Below are positions 61,901 through 64,000 of a DNA stretch of 64,000 nucleotides, in pieces. A model generated the notes under the pieces. The model saw only the letters and a program-made list of their open reading frames with translations. It did not search any database and was not told the origin of the DNA. A program made the translations under genes and the position numbers. Within the stretch, counting starts at the first letter, position 1; each line of letters begins with the position of its first letter. Location: contig MU057930.1 of NCBI GenBank assembly GCA_013265495.1, positions 1,194,057 through 1,258,056 on the forward strand. The letters are read 5' to 3'. This DNA comes from Vicugna vicugna. Taxonomy: Eukaryota.

Positions 61901-64000
61901 GGAATAAAGAAGTTACAGTTATATTACTTATTTACATGACACAAATGCGGCTAAAACGGGAGTAGAATTATGGATACTACTAAATTGTGCAGAGGGAACA
62001 GAAAGAAAGGGTGACATCTGCAAAGAAACTTTTACCGACCGCAGCTGGAAGGTGTTAAGCTGCCCTGACATTTTTTTTTTTAATGGTGATAAAACTGTAT
62101 CAGTGTTCCTGAGACAAAGAACAGAAAAGCCATGATTAGGATGCCAACAATTACACTGGCTTAGCCAGGATATTGGTGGGGGATGGAGCTTTTTATAAAT
62201 ATACGTTTTACTTGACCATTTTGAGCAGCACACATTTTTTTTTAAATCATCTGTTACAACAACTGAATTGAATTGAGTTTAAGAATTTTAGAAAAGATCA
62301 AGACAAAGAGACAGAAAGGAACTCAAAGACAGAGCCCAATGAATTACTGTGCACCTTTATAAATAGTACCTGGACAGGGCTTATGAGAAGGAAGTGACAA
62401 TAGAGGAAACACTGAAGCATGAAAAAAATGCAGCCAAGGCTGGCAGCAAAGACAAAGTACGGCCCCAGGAATCTGCTGCCCTACAGTCTACATTGGGCCA
62501 GGCATGAACAGTTAAGTCACATAGCAAAAAACTGTTAAAACCACATGTAATAATGTAATCATTATGAATACGATTCTGAGTCATTTGCTGCAGTTAGGAA
62601 ATGAAAATGGCCCAACTATATATACACACTGTGCAAGGCAGTAAAGCTGCATGTGGTTTGGATTTATCCATCAAGATACGTAGATGAGGAAACACTGTTC
62701 TAATGTTTTTCAGTTCATTAAATAAAAAAAATCATTCTTTCCAATGCAAATTTTTTTCTTATTTCCTGGATATAAAACCACAACATTGGGTTACTAGCTT
62801 CTACCAATATTACTCATATGTATGAAGTCACCACTCTTTACTCCATATTCTTCATTTAAAGTTAAGAGAGCCCACTGATAAACTGGCTAGAGTCCATGCC
62901 TTATTTACAGAGCACTAAAACAAAAGTCATTTATATATGTTTTGTGAGTAATCACCACGCTAGCACTGATGTCCCATTTTAAATGGAATTTTTTCCCCTT
63001 TCCTTCCTCATGTATGACAAGATACTTTTGACATATACATAAAACTCAGGCAATTATAAAGAAAAAAAGAAATATGAGCCTTTCCCTACTCTAAGGTGCT
63101 CGGCCACCTACGCAGAGTCTGGTAGTTTCTGTCTCACTGCAGGCACAGGTTAGACGTAGATGCACACACACATGCAAATATGGATGGCCATAGCGATGGG
63201 CGTCTAAATCCAGGCTCCTACAGATTCAGGTGCAATGATGACAGCGCCACTCGCGAACACACACAAGGTGGATGTGCACAAAGATAAGTTATGGTAAGAA
63301 ATTTATCCAGCGATGATTCAGCAAGTAAAGCAGTGCAATGAAGTTCCCCCATAAGAAAGACCTGAATGGCCGTGGCCTTGGCACTGAGAACTGGGGTGGG
63401 TTTCCAAGGGGAAAAAAACGAATCTGAGAGTCGATGAAGGACGTCGATGAAGGGGTGGTACATGATACAGTAATCCATAGAGGTCTTGAACAGATAATGA
63501 ACTCACAAGCCACGAAATGCATCAAGTTATGAAGCGACATCTTTCAATAATCTTAACACAAAATAGATCCACTTAATATTAATATGTAAACACTGTAGTA
63601 TTGTAACTCAGCGTGAAGTTGGCCCTGAGGAAGCCCCAGCTGCCCTGACAATGGACCCCACCATCTACCGAGATGCAAGTTTCCGCTCACAGCTTACCTA
63701 TCGATGCGCATACGGGTTGAATGATTCCAGAAAACATCTTAACATCATGTTCTTTTAAAATCTTGGGAGGTAGTTTCTACAAAAGAACATGTACTGAAAA
63801 GCTTCTGAGCATCTACACTGACTGGTTGTGGCTTAAAAAAATTACTGAAAACGGAAGTCATCTGGGCAAACCAAAAATATATATTCAGTAACATTGTAAC
63901 GTGACTCGCTTTGCAGCGGCCAAGAAGCAGCAATGGTTTCATGCTCGAAAATTAAGGTAAGACTGATGAAAACCATTTCACTGAAGGAGGTGAAGTCCTT

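Overview
Mammalian genomic DNA, almost certainly camelid, because three tRNA-derived Vic-1-type SINEs are present. The core is an old head-to-tail tandem duplication of a 7-exon lipocalin (odorant-binding-protein family) gene on the + strand. Copy 1 (ATG 12944, stop 18557, non-coding exon 7 to ~19720) splices into an intact 173-aa ORF closely resembling porcine OBP. It has odd features: a weak GC donor at intron 1, loss of the Gly of the lipocalin GxW motif, an extra Cys and an AGTAAA poly(A) signal. Copy 2 (36035-~42270) is a Bos d 2/aphrodisin-type (CxxxC) lipocalin pseudogene with two dead splice donors and two in-frame stops. The rest is mostly retroelements: a decayed L1 with a near-identical ~2.3-kb internal tandem duplication (1-~7690), a decayed two-LTR ERV (21302-27615) carrying a nested solo LTR, an adjacent solo LTR, MLT1, MER20, L2 and many L1 fragments. 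There is also an orphan CpG-rich block with a ~263-bp tandem repeat (~52000-54100). I could not assign ~58-64 kb. I see no convincing wholly new biological system; the best leads are the atypical OBP and the repeat-mechanism footprints. All homology calls are by eye or from memory, not database searches.
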